Positions 11,829 through 25,073 of a stretch of 64,000 nucleotides of DNA are shown in pieces (the stretch's first letter is position 1; the number at the start of each line of letters is the position of its first letter). A program made the translations under genes and the position numbers. The stretch spans positions 204,414,001-204,478,000 of the forward strand of contig JBITNC010000001.1 in the NCBI GenBank assembly GCA_050084985.1. Direction: 5' to 3'. The notes under the pieces are model-generated. The model was given only the letters and a program-made list of their open reading frames with translations. It had not been told where the DNA came from and ran no database searches. Origin of the DNA: Nageia nagi (taxonomy: Eukaryota; Plantae; Pinophyta).

Positions 11829-13964
11829 TGTAATATGACAAACTATTCTTTGTTCCAAAATTATTAAGCAATTAGCAAGAAATGAAATACATCTAGCATT
11901 CACACCACAAAAATATACCAATGCACAACCAAATTGGAGGAGAAATCCCAACACCTCAATATTAAGTATGAAATGAGCAAAATAGAACCACAATGGCCCA
12001 AAATTGCTGACGTTTGGCTCAAGGGACCAGATCTAGGTCAAATCCTCCACAAAGATTGACTGGAAGCTAACATCTCACTGCTAGGGCCTTCAACCCCCGG
12101 AACTGACCTCAAGTATGATGTGGATTAAAGGTTTTCGTCCTCAACCATGACTTAGTGAGGGCTAAATACCATTGGCTCCTTCTCAAGATAGGTTTGTGTT
12201 CAACTAGAGGCCCAAAAGATGGCGTTGCCACTCAAAAGATAGAAGATGTCAAAAATAGCTCAATGATGCTTCCACAATGCTACACCAACCATATAAGTAG
12301 GAATCCTCCAAGGTTGGATGCTTACACACCCCTCAAGGTGCTATCATGCTTGGGCGTTCGAATTGTGCCTCAAAATCACACCAAACCATGTGCCTAGCCT
12401 CTAGTATGTGATGAGCCGTTTCCTGGCTCAATCCTCAAATGTGCCCTAGGAGAGGGACATTTGGATTCCAACCTTCAAACTAGCCAAGCAAGCTCAAAAT
12501 TGCACAACTATTCCAATGTCTAGCTAGGATTGATATATTTTCCAATGATATTTCAAAAATTCACTCACAAACCCAATGTCTAGGTGGAGAAGCATAAATA
12601 GGTCTTAAACTATGAAAATGCACTTCCAGATCCAATATCCCAATTATGGAGCAATTACTAACTTCGAAAATGCAAAATATCTCTCCAATTGCAACATCCC
12701 AGTTAGGGAGCAAGAACACACCAAACAAGCAGATAATTCTCCCAATATTGCAATGTAACAATCATGGAGCAAAACTAGCAAGTAAACAATGTAAACTTCA
12801 CCCAAGATGCAAAGTCCCAGTTTGGGAGCACAATTGAGAATTGAACAGTGCAAAAACTACTCCACAATCCAATATTCAATCACTGAGAGATAAACAACAA
12901 TAATGCGACAGTAATATGTAATTGTATTTGAATATAGCAAGAGAAGAGCAATTACAATGTTTTTTTCTACCAATGGAGTTTGTACCAAGACTGTATCCTA
13001 TTGGGTTGTTTTGGATGGCTATAGGGTCTCACCAATCCCAGAAGCAATGAGGTAAGACCAGGTCTTCTCTGTAGCAACTGTGATGGAACCAGCAGTGTTC
13101 CTCTCAAGATGGCTAGAGTAAGTTCGAAGGTAGCCTCCTCTCCCTTCGATACCTCAATTGCAGGTCGCCCCACAAAAGGGAAAGATAGAGCCTCCATTCA
13201 ATCTGGAATAAAAGGGTTTATAATCAAATTCAGCATATATCACAATGAATATGAGTTCTTTTATAAGTGAGGATGATCATCTTCTAATCTTGCTTTGGGA
13301 TGTTCAATGGTGGAGAGATGTGATTCGTGTGCTCCTGTATCCAATGACAAGATGTGAAGCTTTGGGATAAGTGTAATCACAATTGAGAGCCCAAAAAAGC
13401 CAACGTCCAAGAGGGGGTGATTTTGAAGTGCATTGTGATCAATGCCATCGATCCATGTGCCTAGGTAGCTAGTGTGGGTCTTGGGATCCTCCAAAGCCCA
13501 ACGCCCATGTTCTAGGGCCGTTTACTTCCATCAAGATCACCAATGTTTAGTTCAAAGTACCGAGTTCACCCTTGGAGCTATGAATATGCTCGTAGTCGGT
13601 GCAATCACCTAGGGGATGTTCTACCTCAAAGAGGAGCACTAATGACTAGAGATACATTTAATGGAAATATTAGAATCATCAAAGCTAGAATATGCAACAC
13701 TTCGTTCTATGAGACTAATATTGCATTTACATTATAGTTGCCTTGGTATCACAAATACATCATTAATTGGCATTTTGGAAAATAAATAAAAATAAATAAA
13801 TAAAAAGATCATTTATCCCATAATTAGAACATTATTGAGCCTCTAAGTGGAATTTACATCATCTTGGCTAAATTATACAAAAATTGACAAAAACACTCTT
13901 AAATTAATGTTTCCATTTATTAGAAGTGAAATGGGGAAAACACCCAAAAAATGGGGACATTACA
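11829..13964 (-). mobile_element. Probable LTR-derived segment (possibly composite)
   Basis: Bounded by TGTAATATGACAAAC and GGGGACATTACA, which resemble other LTR termini in the window. No matching TSD. Confidence 0.4.
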
Positions 13965-16900
13965 TAATCATGCATTGTGCCTTGGGATCCACATTATGAC
14001 ACTTAAATGCTCCTAAACTACTCTAAGGAGGGATACATCCCACTTGGGGCTCACAAGTGGTCCATGGGACCCATATGTCTCTTTTCCTAAGTTACAATGA
14101 TGCCTAATTACACATGCAATAAATAAATAAACACGCCTAAGTACAAATTCACTCCTAAAGGGGAACATCCCATAAAAGGAGATGTTGCAGTCCCCCCCTC
14201 TTGAAATTGCTTGTCCTCAAGCAATGCAAAGTTGGATGTGTAAGTTTATTAGGCCCTTCCCATGTGGCATCTTCTTCAAGCAGATTCTTCCATTTTACTA
14301 AGTGCTCCTTGATTATCCGGGATCTCAATTTTCTTTCCATGGTCTCTATGATGCGCGCTAGAACTAATATTAGTTTCCCTTTCTAATCAATTGGTGGAAG
14401 CTCAGATGAAGGGTTGATGTGCCATCCAAGTGTCTTCAGACATGATACATAGAAGATGTTTTGTAGTTTACTATTCTGAGGCAAATCCAATTCTTATGCT
14501 TCCTTCCCTTTATTACATAGCACTTTATATGGACCAAAGAACCTTGGTTGCAGCTTTTTTGCCCTCTTTCTCTTGAGCGTGGACTACTTATATGGGTGCA
14601 ACTTCAAATACATTGTCGCCTTCTTCGAATGTGTGTTTAGTTCGGTTTTGGTCAACAAACTTTATCTTTCGATTCTGGGCCAGCTGAATACTCTCCCTAA
14701 GGCCTCTCATGATGTCCTAATTATCTTGTAGAAACTCCTTATCCCTTGGTGCTTTCCCATTCCCAAAGATCAAGTCTACAAAATTGGGGGACCTCATAAC
14801 CATACAAGGCCATGAAGGGTGATATTTGTGTGGAGAGATGGTGAGTGGTGTTGTAGCAGTATCCCTCCAAATGTAGCCATTTTACGCATGCTTATTGTTG
14901 CCTTATAATATGCTGCCTCAAGTAGCCTTCTAGCCATTTGTTCACCACCTTCGTCTACACGTCCATCTAAGGGTGATAGTTGGTGCTATGTGCCAAATTT
15001 GTCCCACTCAATCTGAAAAGCTCCTACCAAAAGATGCTTATGAATTTACTATCTTGGTCACTCAAAATCTACTTTGGCAACCCATGTAGCCTAAATACTT
15101 CTCTGAAAAATAATTTTGCCACCTAAACGACCATGTAGGTAATAGTGATGGCGAAGAAATGAGCATATTTTGTCAGTCTATCTACCACTACAAAGATGCA
15201 ATCTTTCCCTTGCATTCGGGGTAATCCTGTGATAAAATCCATGGAGATGCTCTCTCATTTCTATGTTTGGATTGGTAGTAGTTGCAAAAATCTGGGAGGA
15301 TGGACGTTTTCCACCTTATTCTCCTGGGACTTGGTGCATTCCTTCACAAGCTGGTAGACATCCTACTTAAGCCCCTTCCATGCGAACCTTTCTTAGACGG
15401 CTTTGTATGTTTTGTTGATACCAGATGCCCCGCCAATGATGTGTCATGCAACACAGCCATGATCTTCTTTTTCATCTTCGATCCTGACACCAAGTAGATC
15501 CTATTTTTGTATAGAATCAACCTATCTATTTACTCTAAACCTATCATCTTTCAGATGTCCTTCAGCTATGATTGACATTTTCCAATCAGTAGAAACAATA
15601 GAGAGAGTAAAAAGATGGATTACGTGAGAGTGCATCAGTTGTTGTGTTCTTCTTACCCTTGATATACTCAATTTCAAAATCATAGGACTACAATTTACTT
15701 ACCCACTTCTGTTGCTTTTCACTGAGATCCAATTGTTCTAAGAAGTACTTCAAACTATTATGGTCAGTTTTGACCACAAATTGCCCACATACCAAGTATT
15801 GCTTAAACCTGGCCAACACATGCATTATTGCTAGCATTTCTCTATCATAGACAGTGAAACTTTGCTCAACAGGAGTGAGATTCCTACTCTCAAAAGCAAT
15901 TGGCTTTCTTGCATGAGTGTGACTCCTACTCCATGCTTAGATGCATCACGGACAATAGTAAATAGAATAGAGGAATCAAGAATTGCCAAACAAGGAAAGG
16001 TGCACATTTCCCTCTTGAGTTCTTTGAATGCCAATTGAACTTCACTACTCCAAACAAATGCATCATTCTTAGTTAGCTGCATCAAAGATGTTGCCAGGTG
16101 TGAAAAACTCCGGATGAACCTTCGGTAATAATTGCACAATCCCAGAAATCCCTTCAAATGTGTGTGTGGTGGGTACTGGCTAGTCCTGGATGGCTTGAAT
16201 CTTTTGCTCATCTACTCGTACTCTATGACATCCCCTTTATTCAGTTAGTGGAACCAGAATGGTCACCTTTGTAATATACTTTATTAATGTACTTGTATTT
16301 GCATTATTGTAACTTAGGATAGTAGACTTAAGGGGTCAATGGAACCCATCGTGAGCCCCAAATGGGATGTCTCCCTCTTAAGGTTAGATTAGGCATTAAT
16401 TATCATACTTGGAGATCCTGATAATGATTGTGAGCATCCCAAGGTCTATTTGTGTATTAATGTAATGGACAGACACTTGTGTGCTTGCGCTAGGCTTGGG
16501 AAGGGCCCCACACCCCCACGTTGTCTTAGGTTGACCCTAGGACCCCCATGCATGGCTTTTGGACCACGTAAGCATGCATGGCACATCTAGGACTTGACGT
16601 TGGCACTTAATGCACCTTGGCCCCCTACATTGGCATGCCTAACTCCTAGGCACCCATGTTAGGTGTCTCAGGCCCCCAGGAGGCTAACATTGGATTAAGA
16701 TGAGCTTGGGATGACTATTAGGTGAGATTCGAATAGAGCTAATGTATAAATAGACATTGGAGCTTCCTCATGAGACAACTATTGTTTATTATTACTTCTT
16801 CTATAGTCCATTGGACAACAAGTCTTAGCGATGCTAAGTAACTCTTCCTAGGCACAACATCTAAAGGGCATTCAGGTTGATGGATCTTGTCTGTCTACTA

Positions 16901-19635
16901 GATCCTGAGGGCACTGGTGTAGCACCTTTGCCCATTCGGTGGAATTCTGAGGATTTGCTTCTACCTTCAGTGGTTATCCAGGATTCGAGGAGGGCTCCTT
17001 CGATGGAGAGGATTCGGGTTCTGAGGGAGCATTTCTATCCCATGGTTCCATAGTTGTGTTCAGTGATCGAGGATATTCTTGTTGTGCCCTAGTTGACTCC
17101 TTGGAGGCCAACGACTGCCTTTTAGGGCTTGGTATTGTATACATCTTCATTTTATATCATCTGTATAGCCAGAGGGCATTAGGTCTCATTATTGCTTTGC
17201 CTATTTCATACTTATGCATGTGTTGGATTGCATCTACGGCATTGGTGTAGCACCTTTGCCCATCTGGTGGAATTCCGAGGATTTGCTTCAACCTTCAGTG
17301 GTTATCCAAGATTCGAGGAGGGCTCCTTCGGTGGAGAGGATTCGGGTTCTAAGGGAGCATTTCTATCCCATGAATTTGTGGTTGTGTTCAGTGATCGAGG
17401 ATATTCTTGTTGTGCCCTAGTTGGCTCCTTGGAGGCCAACGACTACCCCTTAGGGCCTGGTATTGTATACGTATTCATTTTATATCATCTGTATAGCCAG
17501 AGGGCATTAGATCGTTATTGCTTTGTCTATTTCATACTTGTGCATGCGTTGGATTGCCTTTGCTTAATTGTACTTGTATGAGCCAGATGTTGGCATTGTG
17601 AGTTGGTATTCATTTCTACAAGCTAGACATTGGTATAATTCCATTGTTGTAATGCATGCTAATTGTTCTAACCCTAATGTTGGCATTTGAGGGTTTGATT
17701 GATTGAGTTTTTATGCCTTAGGCCTGACGTCTGAGCTATTGTAATCGAATTTGCTGATTTTTCCTTGAGATCCCATTTGGATCCTGGATGATAATGTGCC
17801 CCAACTATAAAACTTCAGTCATCCCGAATTCACATTTTGACTTCTTGGCATAAAACTTCTATTGCGGTAGTATCTCCAATACTGAATCTAGATGCTTCAG
17901 ATATTCCTCCCACGTCTAGCTGTAGATAAGGATGTCATCAAAAAAGACTAGTGCATACTTCTTGAGTTGCTCCCTAAAAACCTGATTGATGGCAAATTGA
18001 AAGGTAGCTGGAGCGTTAGTTAATCCGAATGGCATGACTAGGAATTTGAAGTGCCTAAAGTGACATCTGAAAGTTGTCTTGTGGATATCTTCTTCTCTTA
18101 TACGGATTTGATGATACCCAAATCTCATATCTATCTTGGAGAAATATTTAACTCCATGAAGCTCATCAATGGGATAGGATTTTTGTTCTTAATATTTTTC
18201 TTGTTGATCACCTGATAATCAATGCACATCTTCATGGTTCCATCCTTCTTTTTCACCAAAATAATTGAAGATGCAAAGGGTTTGTAACTAGGCCGTATGA
18301 ATCCCATGTCAAGCAACTCCTTGATGGTCTGCTCAATCTCATCCTTGTAGATGCATGGGTTCTTGTAGAGCGTGATCATCATGGGTTTTTACCCTTGCTC
18401 CGACTCAATAATATGCTCTAACCCTCTTTATGATGGTATCCCCTTGGGCATGTCTTCAAAAACGTCTTGGTGTCTTTCTAGGATCTCATCCGAAGGAGTG
18501 ATTTCTCCTTTGTGGGGGGACGTGGGCTTTCCCTTGATCATGAGAAAGGTGGCACCCCAAACCATGTCTCTCTTTCGAATGATCTTCTCCATCTTATGCG
18601 CTGACACTATTTGTGGAAGGAATTCCATTCGTCCTACAGTCGACATTCCCCTAAGTGAAATTCTCCTTTCTCCCTCCTTCGGGCTCAACCAAGCATCCTT
18701 CAGATATGGCTGTCTTACTCCTTCCCTTTCATTTTCTTTGTTGTGTTTCCCACTAGAGTATGGTGTGTGGGTCCTCTTGTTGTTTGTTTGTGTAGACTCT
18801 TCCTTCTTGGCCACCTCCTCCAACAATGTGGCCCTTTGAATGGCTTCCTTGATGAGGCTCTTCAATGGATCCTTCAATCCTTCCATGAACAAGGATGTTA
18901 ACTCTCTTGATGAAATGTGGGTGACCATGGAAATTCTTTGCTAAAACTTCCAGATATATGGCCTCGACTTTGCTTGTTGCTTTACGGTTACCAGATCCAC
19001 GAAATATTCTTCTTTATCCTTCATATCAAATGGATCCAAAATTCATTGGCTAAACTCTTTGAATGTGCAAATGAAGCTATGGCTGTGGGTGTTCTCCCCA
19101 TCGCGTCACCAATCATGTGCTACCCCATCCAATTGCATGATGGCAATTTGAATAGATTCGGCCTCTGTCAATTGATTGAGGGCAAAGTAAACCTTCAATT
19201 TGCTCATCCAAACCCTAGCCATAATGTTACCTTCACCATTGAATTTAGGAATGTTGTCAAAACCCCTAATTACTTCCTGCACCTTCTCTGGCTTTGGTTT
19301 TTCCTAGTTCAAGATTCCCCAATACTCCTGAGAACTAACCTCTTTTCTGAAGGCTTTCGAATTATTCAGGTAAATTGGATCCAACAAATCATATGGCCAT
19401 GGAGTTGGAGGTGGGCGTTGCGATGGACAACCATGGATGCTTGGCGTGCAACCCCTTTCTCTCCCAACGTCTCCCTCTCCTTGCAGGATGTCTTTTTGAT
19501 TCAACTCCTTGAGTAGTTTCTTCATGATCTCCATGGTGGCCTCTATTGTTTCCATAGTAATTGCAGATTTGAAAGGCTTAATCATTTCCATCTTCACAAG
19601 ATGGTAGGATCAAGCTCTGAAACCATTGTAATATT
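13965..19635 (-). mobile_element. Chromovirus element D (Reina-like): gag + RT-RH-INT-chromodomain, protease absent, LTRs truncated
   Basis: PBS GCTCTGAAACCA (19614-19625); gag (LTSLFMEGLKDPLKSLIK); RT ([20 protein letters not shown]...[10 protein letters not shown]); RH (GFLGLCNYYRRFI...DASKHGVG); integrase ~14400-15500; chromodomain (EHLVKWKNLLEEDATWE); PPT reverse complement CCCCCCCTCTT at 14192-14202. Confidence 0.88.
16224..17783 (+). mobile_element. Solo LTR (same family as the 32327/41401 LTRs) inserted between RT and RH of element D, with an internal ~328-bp tandem duplication (16910-17557)
   Basis: Starts TATGACATCCCC (TG to TA) and contains GTGAGCCCCAAATGGGATGTC. The host frame LGHII...GVRVDEQKI is split. 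The duplicated block begins GGCAYTGGTGTAGCACC at 16910 and 17238. Confidence 0.8.
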
Positions 19636-22600
19636 GCTACTTTGAGGCATAGAGTACCTCAAAAGGCTTTGCTAACTATCTAGGGGTGTTGGTATTACCC
19701 TAGATTATCTTAACATTGCTAGAGACCTTAGTGTCTTGGCCAAAGCTTGCGGAGGAGGAATACCTGTGTCAAGCCTTGCCCATTCGTGGGACAGCCTTGG
19801 TGCTATTTCATTGTTCATTGCTACTTTCTTGGAGATCTTCAGTTAGGGTATCATTTGCTCTAAGACAAGGCATACAATCTGATTCTCATAGCAATATTAT
19901 TAAATTACATTTTACGGCTCAATTAGTGTGTTATCTTTCAGAGTATTTCCCTAGTAGGCTAGATGTAGAGATTGTGCATACTATATTTCATTATTTTGCT
20001 ATCTTGCTTGGACATTGGGTTTACTTTAGCATGATTGCATGTTCTTGGATGAATTCTTGCTTTAATACTAGACATTTGGTATTTTGGATGCCTGTTGCTG
20101 AGTTTATGCACTAGAAGTGAGACATTGGGTCACTTAGGACCCCAACCTTGGATTGTGGAGTGCCAATTTAGCCCCTAAAGGCTAGATGTCTACCATTTGG
20201 GAGCTCGGATAGAGTTTACTAGTGCATGAACAATCGTCAGCCTGTCTAAGGTGCCTCCTAGCCATCCTAGGAGTGCCCCTTTGACACGATTTTAGAACCA
20301 CCCTAGTTTGGAATATTACAGTGGTATGAGAGCCTAAGATATGCCTCGCCTGTTGGGATAAGAAGCGGCTAAAAGTTTGAAGATATCTAATACCAATTTA
20401 CAATGGTATCAAAGCCAATATTTTGGGTAACCTATGGAGAGAAGATTTGAACTTACAATGGATCTACCAACCTGTGAAAATCAAGGATTAAGAAGTTGAA
20501 GGGATTTGTAGATCTTTGAAACCAACTTACAACGGTATTTACAATAGTATCAAACCTACTGTCGGATAAGGAGCAATTAAAATTAGAGCAACATTTTACA
20601 GTTGGATCTCAACTACAGTGGTTAGAGTTGCTATTCTACTGAGCAAACAAGAGGGAGCATCAACAAAGTCTTGTCAACTATTCCAGAGAGATCTCACCAA
20701 AGGGCAGAAGGTTTGGAATTTTTCTTAGCAATTCTAGTAATATTTAAATTTTTCTAAGATTTCAAAGAGCCCACATTGATCATTTTGAGAGCCAAAGGAG
20801 GGATCAAACATCTACAAGCTAGACGTAGGACATTTTTGGCACTTAATTTATGAAATGAGAGTCTTCTAAGCAATCGTTGGAGTTGAGGAGGCAATTCTTG
20901 CTTTCGAATTTGCAGTTCCTATTTTAGGAGAATTTGTGGCACCACTCAAAGGAGATTTTCTGCATCAAACTTCGAGATCTAGGCCTTGGAGAAGTGATGT
21001 TTGGGATTTTCACCCCAAGCTAGGAGGATTTGAGTTCTAAAGGAGGTTTGTTGATCTTCAAGGAGAAGTATCTACACCCATCTCATGAAATTTGGTCACT
21101 AAGGACCAAACGTTGGAGGAGTTGATCATAATTCGAGATTTTGGAGCTCCAAAGCTAGACGTGGAAGATATGGAGTCACATTCTGCTGTTGTGACAAAAT
21201 TCTGGTCCCATAACCCACAAGTTTACACTCGGGAGGGATTGTTTTAATTAAGAACATAATTGAAGTATTATTACAATGGTTCAAGAAGATTTTTGAAGAC
21301 AGTATACAGAGTAAGACTACATCGGACTGATTTGTTAGTATTCTAGGAGTACAATGCTGGGATTCAGGCACTCAGGAATTGCTCATCACACCATAAGGAT
21401 GACGTTAGCCATTATTGATTGCATTCAGGAGACAAGGAAGGGATAGGTGTGATGTGGGGACCAAGGAGGCTAATTTCATACTTACTTTGTAGTTAGAGGG
21501 CCCTGAGACGAATCATCTACCCTTGGAAGAATTTATTTTCAGGTTTGGAAAATGATTTAGAGTTATTTTTAATTTTAGGAATTTTGGAAATTAATTCCTT
21601 AATTTTTAAAAATTAAATTGGAGTAATAAGGGGTTATTTTCAAGCTTCAATATTTAAATTTTAATTTGAAAAGCAAATTAAAATATTGGAAAAATAAGTC
21701 GTCTAGGACTTGGAGGGAAAATTAGAATTTAAAATTTTCAAAGAGCTCCTACAAAGGCAATGTTGAGGTAGGAAGAGGAGCACATATTCGGAGCACACTC
21801 TTGGAGAGCATTTTTGCATTATTTCGAAGAAGGCTAAGGAGGAGAGCTCATTGAGGTTCACATAAGCAAGGAAGAGTTGTGTTGGGGATTGGAAGCCAAG
21901 GAGGAGACAACGTCCACCCTCAAGGAGGACGCGGGTGCTAGATCACCCATTTTTCAGTGCCAAGTAGGTTGCCTAATTTTTGAAGTATCCATTTTAAGTA
22001 TTTCGAAGAAAATTCTACATGCAAGGGGAAACAATAACATTAGGGAAGGGCAATTCTATGTGCATTGAAATTCATCAGTTCTACCAAAGATGACCTAGGA
22101 GAGAAGAGATGGCAAATCCTAGAGTTGATGCCTTGTTCGAATCACTAAACAAGCTAATGGAGAAGATAAACGAAAGGCTTCCTAACTGAGGAGCCATATC
22201 GAAAAGTGAAGGATCGGTTAGACAAACTCCTCCACCTCTCATCCATCCAAGACAATCTCTCTTTACTCCTAAGGAGGCTCTAGAACCTAAACATGCAGAA
22301 GTAGATATCAACGTTGTAGTCCAAGAGTACATGGATCAAGGGGAAGAGTTCATAAGGGTTGTGCCTTTTCAAACCTTTTGGGATATACAATGGCAAAAAC
22401 AAGGTAGGGCTTCGAGGATGTTTGATAGGAAGGACAACCATGCCAAGATGCAATTGCCCATATTAAAGTAACAAAATCACAGCAAGAGCATGGTTACAAA
22501 AACTGCAAACTTACTTCATGCCAAACCCAATGGATGAAGAGAAGGGGCTTCGACTGAAAACCATGTTCTTGGATGGGATAGCATATGAATGGTGGCACCA

Positions 22601-23366
22601 TGGTCTTGTCACCCTAGGTCACAACGAAGTCACTACCTTTGAGGGTTTTAGCCAGATATTCCTAGAGAGGTTTGAGCAAAGAAATGTACAAGAGTACTTC
22701 AAATAACTTGCCACCCTCCGACAAACTACCTCTGTTACGAATTATGTAGAGGAATTTCAATGAATCTCTTGCATGGTTCCAAACATTGACAATGGAAGAT
22801 TGACTTATCTATTCATGGATGGGTTACAAGATCCCATGAGGGCCTCTATCAAGGCCTTAGAACCACCCACATTATCTGCAGCCATACACAAGGCAGTACT
22901 ACTACAATTAAAGTCATCGAAACCAAAGGGGAAAAGTACCACTCCATATAAACCTCATCCGACAGGACCATTAGGGTCATCATCATAAGTAGGGAAAGGA
23001 TCCAATATGTTCTCTTCACAAAAATTCTCCAAAGCTTTAGGAAAGATGTGTGAAACTACACAAAATGATATGAGAAAGAAGAAACTCTGCTTCTCCTACG
23101 AGAATCTGTGTTGTTGACGTCTCAACACATCCCTCCTCTTTTTTTTTTTTCCAAAAGGATAAGGGGACCCTCAGTTTCAAAAGCAAGAAGTTTCAAGAAA
23201 GCTCACCCAAACGACATTTTGAGCAGTAATGGAAGAAAGTTCTTTAGAATAGCGCAAAGTGTAACTTTAAAATAAGCTAGAAAGCTTACTTAAGAAAAAC
23301 AAGCACTTTCGGGGAAACTCATGTATAAAGATGGAGGTGAAATCTTAGATATTGGTTTAGTCCAAG

Positions 23367-24701
23367 GCTGGTTGCATGTTGAAGGGAAGATACATGTTTA
23401 TCTTTATGAAATGGTGCGACCACCCTTTCAAGCAAGTTTTAGCACCTAAAAGGTGATTAAGTTCTCAAATTTTACATCTTAAAGGTGTTCGCATGGTTCT
23501 TAATAGTTGCAAGAACATCCTCATTTAACCATGCGATCACCCCCCTGTTTTTGGATGGTTTGGAACTATAGAATTGTCTAAGTGTTCAAAATTCTCCTCT
23601 AGAGGGCATTCGTGTGGTTAAAGTTTGTTGAAAACTCATCTTTTTGTGGCCTTCTGACCACCCTCATAAAGGCATTGCATTTGCCTAAGCCACATTCGGC
23701 CTCCACCTGAACCAAATGGACGAGGGCACTTGTCAAGAAAGTTGATATATAAAGGAAGGTCGCCTAGTTCATATATCACATTCTTTTTGTAGTTCTTAAG
23801 GTGTTCGCACGGTTGGGAAAAGTAGTATTCCTATCTTTCTTGGACCATGCGACCACCCTCCTTTCAAAGTTTTGAGTTCAAAAATTGGCTAAGTGTTGGG
23901 AAGAAGGCTTGTTAAAGGTGTTCGCATGATTTCAAGAAATACCATTTCCATCCTTCCCAAGCATGCGACCACCTCTTCTAGATGTTAAGCATGCATTGAA
24001 ACAGCTTGTCTCAAGTTCATTTGGCCTCCACTCCGACCAATCCAACATGGACACCTGTTAAGAAAAAAAACTATAAAAGCAAGTTTTGTTTCTAACTTTC
24101 ACCAAGTCAACCTTGCTCTCTAAAGTGGTCGCATGATCCATAAAAGTCATCATTACATCTTGTTGAAGGCATGCGACCGCCACTTTCCTGCATTTACACA
24201 CCATTCATAATGGTCGCATGGTTCCATATAGTCACCTTTGCATCCCTTTGAAGGCATGCGACCACTTTCATTCCTGCATATTGAGACTAAGTCTAGTATA
24301 TTGTTCATCCATTGCTGATCGCATACCTTGGGAGAGTTACAATTGGATCATTTCAAAGGCATGCGACCACCTTCCTCTTGCATTATAAAGGACACTTATC
24401 GAAGAATTTGCTTTCCCTCGTTGGAATGTTGCCATGTGGCAATCCTGAGAAGGTATAAGAGAAGAAAGAGGATGACTTAGTCGAATTTGTGGTTCCATTG
24501 TGTGTTCATAAAGCTGGTCGCATGATTTTTTCAAAAGGTCACACTTCCATCATTCCCAAACCGTGTGACCATCTCCTTTTGCATTATCATTTGCATTTTC
24601 ATAGACTATTGCATCGTTTGTCTTGCATTAACTCATTCTACAACACGGTCGCATGGTCCCTAGGAGATAGACGTCCATCATTGCAAAAGCATGCGACCAC
24701 C
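23367..24701. promoter_or_regulatory. Array of ~10 palindromic sites GGTCGCATG-N34-CATGCGACC
   Basis: Copies near 23367, 23484, 23604, 23800, 23917, 24125, 24210, 24315, 24514 and 24645. The spacer is 34 nt in six of seven copies counted (33 in one), with divergent spacer sequence. The regulatory role is inferred. Confidence 0.65.
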
Positions 24702-25073
24702 TTTCTACATTTAAGATTTTAATATATGGCCTTTCAAGTAGCGTTTGTTTTTGTCCTAGGATAGACCCATGCATTTTGTTACCTTTATTGTGGTCCTACC
24801 ATATATTTAAGTTGGAATTCATCCTCCTCCTAACTTTACATTTCAAAAGGTGACCACTGGTCGGCCAAAGTCCATGCATTCATGCATTAAAATTAAGTTG
24901 TAGACAACATTGCATGTAGAAAGAAATCGGTCACCTTGTTATCATTACCATCCAAGTCTTTTATTCTCATATGAAGACATACAAGCCTGTTCGGCATAGC
25001 ACCTTCCTTGCATTACACCCAACGTCTGTTAGAGTCAATTGCTACTAACTTGATTTGCTTACATAGGTTAGAG

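Noticed and set aside
18917-19516. 199-aa plus-strand ORF
   Set aside because: Antisense shadow of element D gag with no recognisable motifs.
23367-24701. CRISPR-like repeat/spacer array
   Set aside because: Constant-length spacers are flanked by inverted arms rather than direct repeats, units are irregularly separated, there are no cas genes, and the context is a plant retroelement.
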